Shown here: piece by piece, positions 40,201 through 55,959 of the stretch
How the letters are laid out: every line of letters starts with the position of its first letter
How positions within the stretch are numbered: the first letter of the stretch is position 1
Assembly (NCBI GenBank): GCA_000934665.2
Contig: JYFJ02000722.1
Coordinates: 1-64,000 of the forward strand
Origin: Catajapyx aquilonaris
Taxonomy: Eukaryota
Reading direction: 5' to 3'
DNA: 64,000 nucleotides
Made by a program: the position numbers and the translations under genes
The notes under the pieces: generated by a model
Databases searched by the model: none
Seen by the model: the letters and a program-made list of their open reading frames with translations, nothing else
What the model was told of the DNA's origin: nothing

Positions 40201-42069
40201 GCAAAACAAATATGTCCCACACTGCAACTTTGCCCATTAGTCCATTACTGAGAAGCAGCTTGAGGTCATTAACTACTTCTGTACTTCAGGACAAAGAGTC
40301 CTAAACCTGTGATTCTAAGTACCAGAGAGAGAGAGACAGATTTATCACAAGATAGCTCTGACCTTGTGCCAAGTAATTTTGCCCTTTTTGGATGGATAAA
40401 GAAGGCACTGCAGGGATGAAAGTTCAAAACTGGATGAGGAAGTGAAGTCCACCTAGGTGCACTAGCTCCACAATAATATTATAACTTCATAAGCCAAATT
40501 TTGCACTAGACATTTTCAAACCTATGTGGTGTTGTGACAACTGCAACAATCCAAAGGTTTGCATGAGGAGAAGTCGTGTTATTGTTCAGTTTTCAAATGA
40601 AGTATTAAATTTTCTCTTATATTCAGTGTAGGATAAAAGAACAATTCACTTTCTCTACTTATTGAAATGCACAGGCTGTGATAATACAGTGCAAGGCAAG
40701 GTTCCCATGCTATCTGTCCATTGAGTATGGATGGTTTTCATATCAGAATAAAACACCCGTATATGTCGGGCAACACTTGATAACGCTGGTACCCTAGTGT
40801 TTCAAACAAAGTCTATGGCGGTTCAAACTAGCCTTAGAAAAGGTACTCTTCACGCTCTTCTGCACATTCTACATATGCCAGGAAATCCGCCTAATGCATG
40901 AAGCTGCCAAAATTAAATAAACCTTGCTCCGTTAGTGTATAAGAAATTGACACGCTACCGTCTGTAATACAAATCACAGTATCCTTTTAATTGCAGATGT
41001 CAGTCAAATAGAAAGTGGACCATTTGTATACACAACAGGTGCCACAAAGGACTTATAATCAAATTCATGAGATAGTGACAGTCCACAATGAAAAATGATC
41101 CATGCTCCTGCACCCTGTATGTCCTTTATATCTATTGTATGACCGCATTGTTACAGGCATCATCACATTATCATCGTGTGTACATGTTGAGATGTGGCGT
41201 ATGTGTCTACTATCCAGTTGCAATGTTGGAAATGAAGAATTTATTCTCAGACACATTCTGCATACCATTTCCCACATTCTGGCATCCTTGTCATATGAAT
41301 ATCACCATCTGCTCTGCTGGTTCTTGTTATTTACTTAATTACATTTCACAACTGACAGCTGCAGAATAACAATGCCAATCCTAGAATAATTTGGTATTTC
41401 GTCCAATCCGACAAATCCTGTGGTCATTTCAAGAAGATAATTATGGCCCATGCATTACATGCACAATTTTTCCACCATGACGGCCAAAACATCCTACTAA
41501 AATCCCTGCATGATCGCAAGCTCTGCTTGTGATGGGTAACCAAATGGAACCCCTTTCCCTGTGCAACCCACTCTGATGTCAAGGGACACAGTTGCATGAG
41601 TGAAAGCACTCATTCTCGGTTGCCTTTTTCTGACAACACTGACTCGTGCAGCAAATCTCCCAAATTTCTTCAGTTGACAGTCGCCTCAATGTAGCTGAAT
41701 CTGATGATTTCCCCCCTCTCTTTCCTTGCAACACCCAAACCCAGCGTAGAGCAACATGTCAACGCACCTTGAGAGCGACCTAGCCCTGTGTCGCTCCGGC
41801 CCTCCTGTCCCACCACCTCCACCCTGCGAGGTTGGCCTGAGGAACCCAAACCCCAACGCGGCACCTCCTCCTCCTGCACCTCCCCCTACAGTGGCACTAG
41901 AGTGGTGTCCACGCAGCCCGTTGCTGGTGGCACCATGGTGTGAGGACATGACCTCCGCACTGCTGCTGCTGGAAAAGGTCCTGGCCCTGGGGCTGAGAGC
42001 CCCTCCACTGTGGTGTCCAACTCCATTCTCGCTCCCTCCCCCCACAGCCGTGCTCGCCTTCGCCCCCAT
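19256..42069 (-). CDS. ZNRF2: E3 ubiquitin ligase ZNRF1/ZNRF2-like (N-myristoyl motif, C2HC zinc finger, RING-H2), 5 exons, ~258 aa
   Basis: The start is MGAKAST, with RARTFS and RARSLS motifs. The zinc finger is GIKCPVCSKFVLPDDIECHLVMCLTKPRLIYN. The RING-H2 is EDVLTDDKGECVICLEDLQQGDTIARLPCLCIYHKSCIDRWFEVNRSCPEHPGD*. Exons 41768-42069, 38045-38259, 21367-21462, 20557-20662, 19256-19313. ZNRF1 and ZNRF2 cannot be distinguished here. Confidence 0.93.
21876..21921 (-). other. Candidate 46-nt cassette exon in ZNRF intron 2
   Basis: The acceptor is TTTTTTTTTTCTTCCAAACAG and the donor is ATG|GTAAGT. Entered in phase 0 it reads FVALYTEFVSLQYRH+G. Entered in phase 1 it reads VRCTVH*. Confidence 0.5.
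23728..25898 (-). CDS. Candidate alternative 5' coding exons of the ZNRF gene (25860-25898 and 23728-24043), giving a ~204-aa isoform
   Basis: ATG GGG ATT ATC ATC GGG TCG TGT GTG GCT CAG GAC CCG|GTAAGG ends in phase 0. It joins TAG|GAA GGG GGC...CTC TAC G|GTACGC (316 nt, open, phase 0 to 1), which is in frame with the G|GGATCAAGTGC zinc-finger exon. Confidence 0.62.
27312..27373. repeat. Perfect 15-bp inverted repeat with a duplicated 11-mer in the loop
   Basis: CTGATTCACAGGATG (27312-27326) pairs with CATCCTGTGAATCAG (27359-27373). The loop carries CTGAATGTCCA twice. Confidence 0.8.
30829..31280. mobile_element. Putative Tc1/mariner-type MITE
   Basis: The ends are TA-CAGGGTGGGTC and GACCACCCTG-TA, i.e. 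CAGGGTG termini flanked by TA. No coding capacity. Confidence 0.5.
39929..40148. mobile_element. Degenerate Tc1/mariner-type MITE
   Basis: The right end is CTTGGGACACCCTGTATA. The degenerate left counterpart is TATAATGTGTTCCAAG. Confidence 0.35.
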
Positions 42070-42989
42070 CTCCAGTCCTGCAGCTTCTTCTCCTCTCCAC
42101 ACTCACTTTAATGCACACTACAACCACAGCGTAAAATGTCAGTATCCACAATATATCAGGGCGGTCGGGCAATAAGGGGGGCTGGATTGGCAAAGCAGGC
42201 AGGCTAGCAGGGATAGAAAGGGGTCGATCAATCGGGGTGATGCCACGCCGTCCCCGCACTGGTATCGGCAACTGGGCAGACGACGAACCGAGCAGGGTGC
42301 ACTGGACACATATTCTCCCTGGTCCCCAACCGGACAGACAATCGCGGCACACCACTACTCTCCGGCGGCGGTCTCCAGCGTCACTCGAGGGCTGACTGGT
42401 CCGGGTCGGATGGATGGGTTTGTGTGGATGGAATGGGAGGCGCAAATGGAACGTTGCCCCGACCCCCAGAGTCCACCCGACGGAGGAGGAGGAGGAACTC
42501 TAGTGCTGCTATGACGACCGAATGAGTAGTTGGCCAGCTGGGGCGCCAGGGGGAGAGACCTCGGGCCACACCAGGAGACATCTGTCGCCCAAAAGGAGCA
42601 GGCCTCACCCAAAACATCAGGACAAAAGAAGGCAGACGGATGGATGACTTTGCTCAATTCAGGCTACGGCCTTAAAATTTTATAGTCATTTTAATTGGTG
42701 AAATTTAGGCCAAATGGTTATTACTGATCTGGTGTGTACGCGGGCGTAATTTTCATACATTGGGCACTATCGTCATCAGGAACTGCCGCGATTTTTAAAC
42801 TTAATGCCCTCTTTCCAATGGTAACTAGCACAAAAATTGCACAAAAATTGGCATAACCCATTTGAAGGTTGTAAAGGCACTTTTTTTACTTTTAAAGGGG
42901 AGTTAAGGATTGGCCAGCCAATTCGGCTCTGCAGTCTCTCATACCTGGTTTACTAACCAATATATTATTACAATGATGTTACACCGCTC

Positions 42990-43680
42990 TTGGTTACACT
43001 GATTCAATCAATCATCTCAGCCAGAACTGAAATCACATGCGGGCAGAAGATGTTGAAAGCTTCCCACATCTCTCGCATCAGTCTTCAAAGAGCAGGGCCA
43101 ACCATATTCCCTCGTCACCACCGCTCGTTGAAGACGGGCGGCCAGCATCCCAGGAAGACTACATCGCCAAAGGGCAGCATCCTGGACTTCATCACCACAG
43201 GGACACCGGTCATCATCACCGTCACTTCCACCAGCATCCATCAGCAAGCCAAATCTAACTAGGTAGGCCCAAAAAGGCCCATGTCCTGAAACCATTCTGG
43301 CCACATGTCCATGCACATGCCGGTCCAGGGAAACATTAGGAAAGAAACCAAAGTACCATTTCCCCCGGGCCGCCTCCCATGACCTCTGCCAGTCCTCCTT
43401 CGCAGCAACGTCTCCGAAGGCGGTTCTGGCAAATAACTTCGTTCATCCTCAAGAGTAGTCGCCCGTTTGGCCTCCTGGTCAGCTAATTCATTACCTTGAA
43501 CACCTACGACATGAGCCTTGACCCACCCCAGATGAGTACTGTTCGGTCTGTTACCCCTAACTTGTAAGAGAATCAGCGCTCGAACTGCAGTGGGATCAAC
43601 AGTGTGAGAGTTGCTGATAGTTTGGAGAGAGGACAAAGAGTCCGAGAAGATCCAAATCCTCAGCCATTTGGATGGCACGA
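42990..43680 (-). mobile_element. 5'-truncated non-LTR retrotransposon 3' end (RNase H + C-terminal Cys motif; R1/I-like), frameshifted
   Basis: IFSDSLSSL...WVKAHVVGVQGNELADQEAKRA is the RNase H C-terminal half. After a frameshift comes VSGHGPFWAYLVRFG...CPCG...WRC, typical of LINE ORF2 C-termini. Confidence 0.85.
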
Positions 43681-44724
43681 ACTAACATAATATATGTAAA
43701 AGGCACTGGGAGACTTCCTACCAACCAGGCAGTCAATAGGAATGTAGGTTAGGAAGTGCATCTCACACATGGCGGCGCATGGAGGTGATCAAATAAGTAC
43801 ACATAACGCATTGAAAATGGTGACTTCATGTTTGAATGCATACATTTACAGATATGTGACAGCAGTAACAGGGATTTGGTAATATAAACATGTCACTTGG
43901 CAACAGCTAAATCAACCACATAACAATTATGCATTGAGTTTAGCTTTGTACTCAATGAGTATGTTGCTAACCAGTGGCGTTTGGGATTTCTGAGCTCTTT
44001 GTTGATGGGCATGGGTTGCCAGGCAAAGGGGTAGGGATTGTTTACAGTTACGTCTGAGGTTAATAGTGGCCATCTTGGAAAAGCAGAACTAGGCAGCAAA
44101 AACACTGTCAATCTCACCTGAGATTGACCAACAGGTGAGCTCAGCAGTGTTGACTGCTACTGGTTCCACAGCTAAGATTAGCAACATATTCAATACAATG
44201 GGAAGCTTCAAGGCGTGTGACTGCTTCACCAAGAAAGGAGCCGAACCTGGTGTAAAAAAGCCAAGAACCATCTTTACACACAATGCCACACCAAAAACCC
44301 CAATATGCAGGTACAGTGCTAATGGCAAACATTTTGAATCACTAATCAATCATGCAAATTAACATTTTACAAATTCCAGGTGCAGCAAGTCCACTTTCAA
44401 GTGGTACTGGCCCATTATTATCGAAGGAAGCGACTGCCTGCTCCCTGTATATATCTTCAACACACTGACGTTGCTGTACTTTGTGTTTCTGGTGTTGGTG
44501 CAACATTTCTTCGGCTCCAATGCAAGATGCAGCTATGAACATTTTCGTCCACGCTGCCAAGAAACAACATTTTAGACATACAAATACGTCATGTATGATG
44601 GCTCGATTGCACATGTTTTCAGTGAGTCAAAGTAAAATTCCACTGAATATATACACATGATGAAAAAATTGACACAGTTTTTTGACTTTGGGGTTGAAAG
44701 CAGTTGAGAAAGCTTTGTGGGGCT

Positions 44725-48045
<3,321 letters not shown>

Positions 48046-48856
48046 CGTCACAAATAGGGGCAGAATGAACTAGCTGAAACGAAGCAGCAAGTCTGACAAA
48101 GAAGGTCACCCAGACAATGTCATTTCAATGTTCCCATGACGTATTTGAGGCAAATGAATGGCTTGTTCGATCGGATCAGACTGTAGAGGTAGCCTACCTT
48201 CAAACTCGGTGGTTTCTGGTACTGCGCCTTTGAGATTCGCGATTATATTCAAGGAGATGTGGAGGAAAACAAGTCGACGGGTCACGGGAAAGTCGCCATT
48301 TTTTACGTCACTTGTTGCCAACAGGAAATGCGCCCTATGTTGTCATTTTTCCAGTGCAATTGAATTATCTGGGCAGCACTACAATTAGGCCTAGTATTTA
48401 ATTAGTAATCATAGAAGAATATTGTGAAATGTTAATATTACGCCAATACGTTATCAATGATAGTAAATCTTGCCAATCGCTTTTGAAGCCGTGTTTTGAA
48501 GGTCGAAAAAGTGAATTTCAACACCATCTAGCGACCAATAGTGGAGTAGATAAAAACCGTATCTTTCGCGCTGCTGCCACCATGGATGGCAATGGTTGAG
48601 CCACGGGTTGAGCAATATGAAGCGCTAAAATATAACTTCTAAGTTTGGAAGAAAACTTTACATAGCTTAAATTAATGCCTTTACAAGCTAGTGCTTTGAA
48701 ACCTTGCATAGATCGTTCAAGCCAAATTAATCACAGATGTATTTCCGGTCCCTATATTTCCATGGCGACTTTCTGGCAATCGATCCAACAATCTTGTGGA
48801 GTCTGCTACCCTACATATCACCTACCAATCAGTCTAAACAAGAAAGGACATTAGCA
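48046..48856. promoter_or_regulatory. Divergent promoter region between Beclin-1 and TTLL1
   Basis: The start codons diverge ~810 bp apart. There are CpG-containing patches and CCAAT motifs (~48444, ~48473, ~48535). Confidence 0.55.
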
Positions 48857-50598
<1,742 letters not shown>

Positions 50599-51024
50599 TC
50601 ACCTGGTGGACACAGGTATAGTACATGAGCAAAGCAATGAAAATATATTTCATGTAAATTGTCACATGTGGTGCAATAATGCTAACAGAAATCCAAACCA
50701 ACTGTACCAGATCTTAGAATAAAAATCTGAATGTTTCAGCTCTGTAATCACTTTTTGCGTGATTGACCCTAGCAGATAAAAGGACGTTTTTCGGGGAAGT
50801 TGTGCATGAAATCACTTCTCAGTTATGTTTGTGATTTACCTGCGTCAAATCCAAAGGTAGCTTAAGAGAAATCACAACAGATAATTTACATGACAGGTAG
50901 GATTAGCTACTTCCTGATTGCTCACGCGTAATCCTGCGCATAAAAGAAAATTAATCCGTCTCATCAATCAACATGTCAAACTTGTGGTAGGTCAATGGCA
51001 TTGGAGGGCATTTTTTTGGATAAT

Positions 51025-51293
51025 CATAATTGAAGGGTTCGGGAGAAGAAGGTGATAACCCTCAAAATTAAAAGTTCCGCCATCTTGGAATCTTGTGGCT
51101 TGTTCCCTTTTACGTGCACTGCTTGCATGTATCACTGCTCTTTGACATGCAGTCCTGCCCTCTCTGGTCTGTTTAGGAAACTAAACAACCTTCACAAAGG
51201 AAGCTCCAGGGGGCAGGATATAATTGCATTTAAAAACTCAATTACGACCCATTTGAGGGTTATCACCTTCTTCTCCCGAACCCTTCAATTATG
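51025..51293. mobile_element. MITE with ~42-bp perfect terminal inverted repeats
   Basis: CATAATTGAAGGGTTCGGGAGAAGAAGGTGATAACCCTCAAA at the left end; its exact reverse complement lies at 51252-51293. Confidence 0.85.
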
Positions 51294-52439
51294 TAGATAG
51301 CCGTGACTTCCTGCTGGTCTCAGAGCCAACATGTCACTGGATACCTTGATACTTATTGTCTTTTCAATAATTAGCCGAATAAAAAAATGTTCAGGTGTTA
51401 TACGCATCACTATACGCTTATCATTTTGCTCAAGTCATACACCATTTAAGGCATGTGCGTTATCTCATTGTGTACTCACACACTGCCAAGTAATTACGTA
51501 TGACATCAGTTCCCGGGTCCACAAATCCCGTGATAACTTTGTTTCATCACCGTCACGGACCGCAGCGTATACTGTACTCTTACGTAACCTCTCTCCTCTA
51601 TCAAATTAAGTTATATTCCTCTCCCCCGTAATGGGTTGTTTGTACGTGCGTAGCAGCTTTTCAAAATAAACGGATGGAATGATGAAATTTGGACAATAAT
51701 ATGCAATATAATATTATTATAATAAGCTCATTTTTTCATGGGAATGGACCCATAATGGTTTGTTTGTAGTCAGACACCCAGATTCAGATTCAGTGTAGTA
51801 ACGTGCATAATGAATTATTGCATGGTTTTCTGCAGCTACCGGTGCACATTGTATTCGAAATCTGAGTTATAATAGTTTAGTTGATATGCCAACAAAATTT
51901 TAGAGCATCAATAAATGAAATGTTATTTTATCAAACTCTTTGCTGGTGTCTATAGTTTTGCCGCCTTGGCTGCTGCTTAACAAACATTATGATCTATATG
52001 GATTAGAATAATAACACACAAGGAGAGCTTTTAACTTTAGTAGCCTTTATAGCACTTTATAGTCAATGCAATAGATTGCGATTTTTTTTTCAAGCGTGAG
52101 TAAGTTTAGGGACTTAGGCGTAACTGATAACATGAGTATTAGCCTGTGACTGATTTTGTGTACAGGAATTCCAGTGGAAAGGGTCCTTATGTAACTTTTT
52201 TTTTAAAAAAATAACCATTTGGTGCAGTCAGATGCATAATTAATATGGCGTTGATTTGCAATAACTAAAAGGATCCGGAGAGTGTACTGTACTTTGAATT
52301 CAAAACAGGGTGTAAATCCTAAGCATGTCACCAGAAAAGATGGTGGTAGAGGACGCAGGTGTGAGCATTTTTGCATAAAGTAATCCGTGGTAAAAATGCC
52401 GCATCTGGTAAAGCAGCAGCAGACTTCGTGAAAAAAAAA

Positions 52440-52745
52440 AAGCATTTAGACTCAAAAAAAAGTGCCGTTTTCAGATTTATTCTGATGTTTGTTTGACAAG
52501 CTCTACAAGCACACCAAATTTCAGCATCCTAGGACCACTGGAAGTGCCGTATAATTTTGATGATCAGTGAGTCAGTCAGTCAGTCAGTCAGTCAGTCAGT
52601 GTCATATTTTGGCCGTTTTGGGAGTTTTTAGGACTTTTAAAGTCGGAAATGAAAAGAGATATGAACATGGAAGTAAGGGGGGTATTATTTTTACCCGATT
52701 TTTATCTACCCAAATAAAATTTTTGAAGCCACCTATGTTCACTAG
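52440..52745. mobile_element. Possible DINE-1/Helentron-associated (HINE)-like repeat with a (GTCA)n microsatellite
   Basis: AAATTTCAGCATCCTAG is followed by a (GTCA)n tract at ~52564-52600, an arrangement resembling insect HINE elements. Boundaries are approximate. Confidence 0.4.
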
Positions 52746-53172
52746 TGCGAAGATACGAGGGGGTCAAAATGACGTGTGTTGTGTCGGGTAAAGGTGGTCC
52801 GGCAGTGCGGCGAGAACTTGGCGGGGGCACTGCCGTACCCCCTAATATAGAACATGCTGACACGCACATTACCTGCACATATTATTTTTGTTTCTTCATA
52901 TCTGGACACTGGTATACCAGTCTGCACATGTTGTAGACACACATAAATTCATATAGCCCTGTTATTAACGGAATCCAGTAATCCACATTATCGCAGCAGC
53001 ATCATCATTCATTTCTCTTGACAAGAGAAGATAGTTGTACTGTCGCAATATCTGCCCCAAGGGTTAATAACAAAAGATCTCTCACAATAGTTTCAGTTCA
53101 GTGCGGTTCAGTGCCAGGAGGAGTAGCCTACAAGTAGCCTACAGGGTAAAGGAATTATTCGAAGACTCCGAT

Positions 53173-54846
53173 ATGGGACTTAACTTGCATTTTATACTTC
53201 GCAATCGGACCTGTCTAGTTGCTTTCTTTCTCCTCCCGATACTCCTGGAATGCAAATCGGATGTTATCAAAGTTTTGGATCCGGAAGTGAACAATACTAG
53301 TTGGAAATTAACAGGTCTTACATATGTCAAAAGTGCAAAGGATATTGACAAAGGCATATTAGCCATTGAGCCGAAAGTCGCAAATCTAGAAGGGGAAGGA
53401 ATTTATTGGGCCTATATGAGCGGGCAAGTGTACGTTGCGAGAGATCCGAACGTAGCAATACACAAAGGAGTCCATGTAAATGTGAGATATTACATCTACG
53501 GTGATAATCAAATCACCATAGCCCCATTACATGATGATCTTTCTGGTGAATGCCACGTGAAGTACACTGAAACGAGCGTGCGCTGGCAGACCGTCAACCA
53601 GACTATTTCTCAATATCAGGTATACGTATACTGATAGTTTCTGTAGCCTATCCAAAACTATATATTCTGTGATTTTAGTAGGCTATTTTGTAACGTATTC
53701 AATGCTAGTCTTGTTCTTATAATTGTTGTTGTCGTTGTTGAGTCAGGCCTACGATATGGAAAACTTGCATGTCTTGATTTTGATAAAAGAGGGATGATTT
53801 GTGCTTTATTCCGACGAATTCAGCAGTCAGTCTGACTAGGCTTAATTCGTGTAGCCCACATGATTAAAGTTCAGGATTTTTTTTTAAATCCACGCTGTGC
53901 CACATAATTCAAAAATTAAATCCTCACAAGTTCAGAAGTTGACCACGTCGATTAAATCAATTTATTGGTGAATATCTGACGTGCGCCTGCCTTGTTTCAG
54001 TATTATTATTCCGCCACGGAGATCTTTTAAACTATGGTACCCTTTTTACTGCAGGGATTTTTTTTTGCTATTATGTGTGTAATGTTTCAAATATTCAGCA
54101 TGAAAAACAGCTATGCGTAGTACCAGTACCGACGAGTACAGTGCTGTATGTGGTAAAATTTGGGAAACATTGGAACCTATTTCTTAACGTACTGGTACAT
54201 TTAATTTTGTCTCGTTTTACGCCGATGCTGCGTTGTGTTGCTGGAAATTACCGGCGTAAAACGGGTACTATACCTGCTGTACAGTATTGTGTAGCAGACC
54301 AGTATAGTCTGCAGCAGGACATAATTTTGTACGCAGGGCATATGTTACTGAATATATTGTACAACATTATTATGTGCGTGTTTTCTGTGAGCAATGAGAA
54401 TCTGACTTGAAATTAAAAGGTTTTGCACAGCATTTTAATAATTAGTCTAATGAAGTCAGTGATAATAATTAAGGACAGTTACTAGAGGTTTCTCTACCGA
54501 AGCAGGTTGGCATAGTGGATAAGGCGTCCGACTGCTAATCGGGAGGTCCTGGGTTCGAATCCCGGGGCCGGCAACTCTGACCGTGGTTTTCTGGGTCCTT
54601 CCAGGGAAATTCCGGAGTTGCTTCCGTAATTAATAGGCCACAGCCGCTTCCTTCCGTCCCTATCCTATTCCAAAGAGCACAGTAAAATGAAAGCAAAGAG
54701 TTCCAGGCAAAACAAACTTCCCCCCTAAAGAGCCGATGGCTGATAACGGGGTATGAATTATTATTATTTATAATAGAGGTTTCTCTGTGATGTGTCTCTG
54801 CACCATCCTACATATGGTCAACTTCACCTCTTGCTGTTGTTGTTGC

Positions 54847-54885
<39 letters not shown>

Positions 54886-55959
54886 GCAATCTCTTTGCCA
54901 CAAATATCAGTAAATCACATTTGGTTGAATAATTTGTTACAGTTTCGCCTGCAAGACACCCTCTCCTATTCCACTACATCTGTATTCATCCTTATCGAAA
55001 ACATTCAATTGGTACTGACAGATGATGTACCTGAATTTCGAATGCCCTGTCAAATTGGGCCAGTACCTTCCACAACCAGTGCAACAACCCACAGTTCCAC
55101 GCATATAGCAACAAGCGCAACAACCCACAGTTCCACGCATCCAGCAACAAGCGCAACAACCCACAGTTCCACGCATCCAGCATCAATCGCAACAACCCAC
55201 AGTTATACGCATCCAGCAACAAGTGCAACAACCCACAGTTCCACGCATCCAGCATCAAGCGCAACAACCCACAGTTCCACACATCCAGAAACAAGTGCAA
55301 CAACAAGTAGTAGTTCATCTCATAAAACTGCAGTCACCAGTACCACATCAACAATAATATCCACATCTACAAATGGCAAATCAACAGAAACACATTCATC
55401 AAGCAACCCCTCATCCTCTGCTTCATTGCCTTCAACCCACCCCACTACAAGTACATCATCAAAACACACAAAAAGTAGTACTACTAAAAACCCTGTCACT
55501 AGCATTAGCACCAGTGCACCCCCTCCTCGTTCCTCCAGTACACTACCTCAATCCTCATCCACTAGCACTAGTTATGTTTCGCCCACCACTTCCTACATCA
55601 GTACCACAACGAATGGTCCAGTAAAACCAAAGCCACATATTGGGTTGGGATATCAGGAGCACATTCTGGTAATTGTGTTTCCTCTTCTATCACTGTGCTT
55701 TCTGTTCATGGCAATCATTCTGGTATTCAAACGTAAGACCAGGAGGCAAGAAAATGTAGATGATACTGTAAAGGAAGACTTAAATCAAACTAGATCCTCC
55801 ATCAGCAGGATGTGGAAAACAAATTCATCTAAAGTCTCTATTCTAAGCTTTAACTGGAGGATTCCTCGAGTGCAGTTGCATGGCAATAAGCAATCCAGGA
55901 CCTCATCCTTGACGCTGGAAACACTGGAACAGTTCAGGGATAATGGCATGCTGTATTAA
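53173..55959 (+). CDS. Uncharacterised type-I membrane protein: signal peptide, divergent MAM-like beta domain, Thr/Ser/His mucin stalk, single TM, ~75-aa tail; 2 exons, ~487 aa
   Basis: Exons 53173-53619 (CAG|GTATAC) and 54943-55959 (TTACAG|TTT) join in phase 0. The hydrophobic leader is CLVAFFLLPILL. The TM segment ILVIVFPLLSLCFLFMAIILVF is followed by KRKTRR. Confidence 0.8.
54496..54773 (+). mobile_element. Full-length tRNA-derived SINE with a 13-bp target-site duplication
   Basis: A-box TGGCATAGTGG, B-box GGTTCGAATCC, and an (ATT)n tail. TAGAGGTTTCTCT is duplicated at 54483-54495 and 54774-54786. Confidence 0.9.
54831..54885. repeat. Intronic (TGT/TGC)n microsatellite
   Basis: About 18 trinucleotide units upstream of the 54943 acceptor. 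Confidence 0.95.
55078..55300 (+). repeat. Coding 36-bp tandem repeat (~6 x SATTHSSTHPAT)
   Basis: GCAACAACCCACAGTTCCACGCATCCAGCA recurs with a 36-nt period. Confidence 0.95.

Noticed and set aside
41756..42657. Several overlapping 78-182-aa ORFs
   Set aside because: They are by-products of the GC-rich ZNRF first exon and promoter, with no recognisable domains.
44089..44614. Short ORFs downstream of Beclin-1
   Set aside because: No motif or splice support; probably 3'UTR.
54500..54575. Apparent tRNA gene
   Set aside because: The acceptor stem is poor, there is no T-run terminator, and it continues into a body with an (ATT)n tail and TSDs, so it is a SINE.
54787..54942. Poly-cysteine N-terminus of the 390-aa ORF
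   Set aside because: This is translation of an intronic (TGT)n microsatellite; the real exon starts at the acceptor at 54943.
54992..55318. Antisense ORF with LLDAWNCGLLRL repeats; the 36-bp period superficially suggests CRISPR or LRR
   Set aside because: It is the reverse-strand shadow of the mucin repeat. There are no unique spacers and no cas genes, and the context is eukaryotic.
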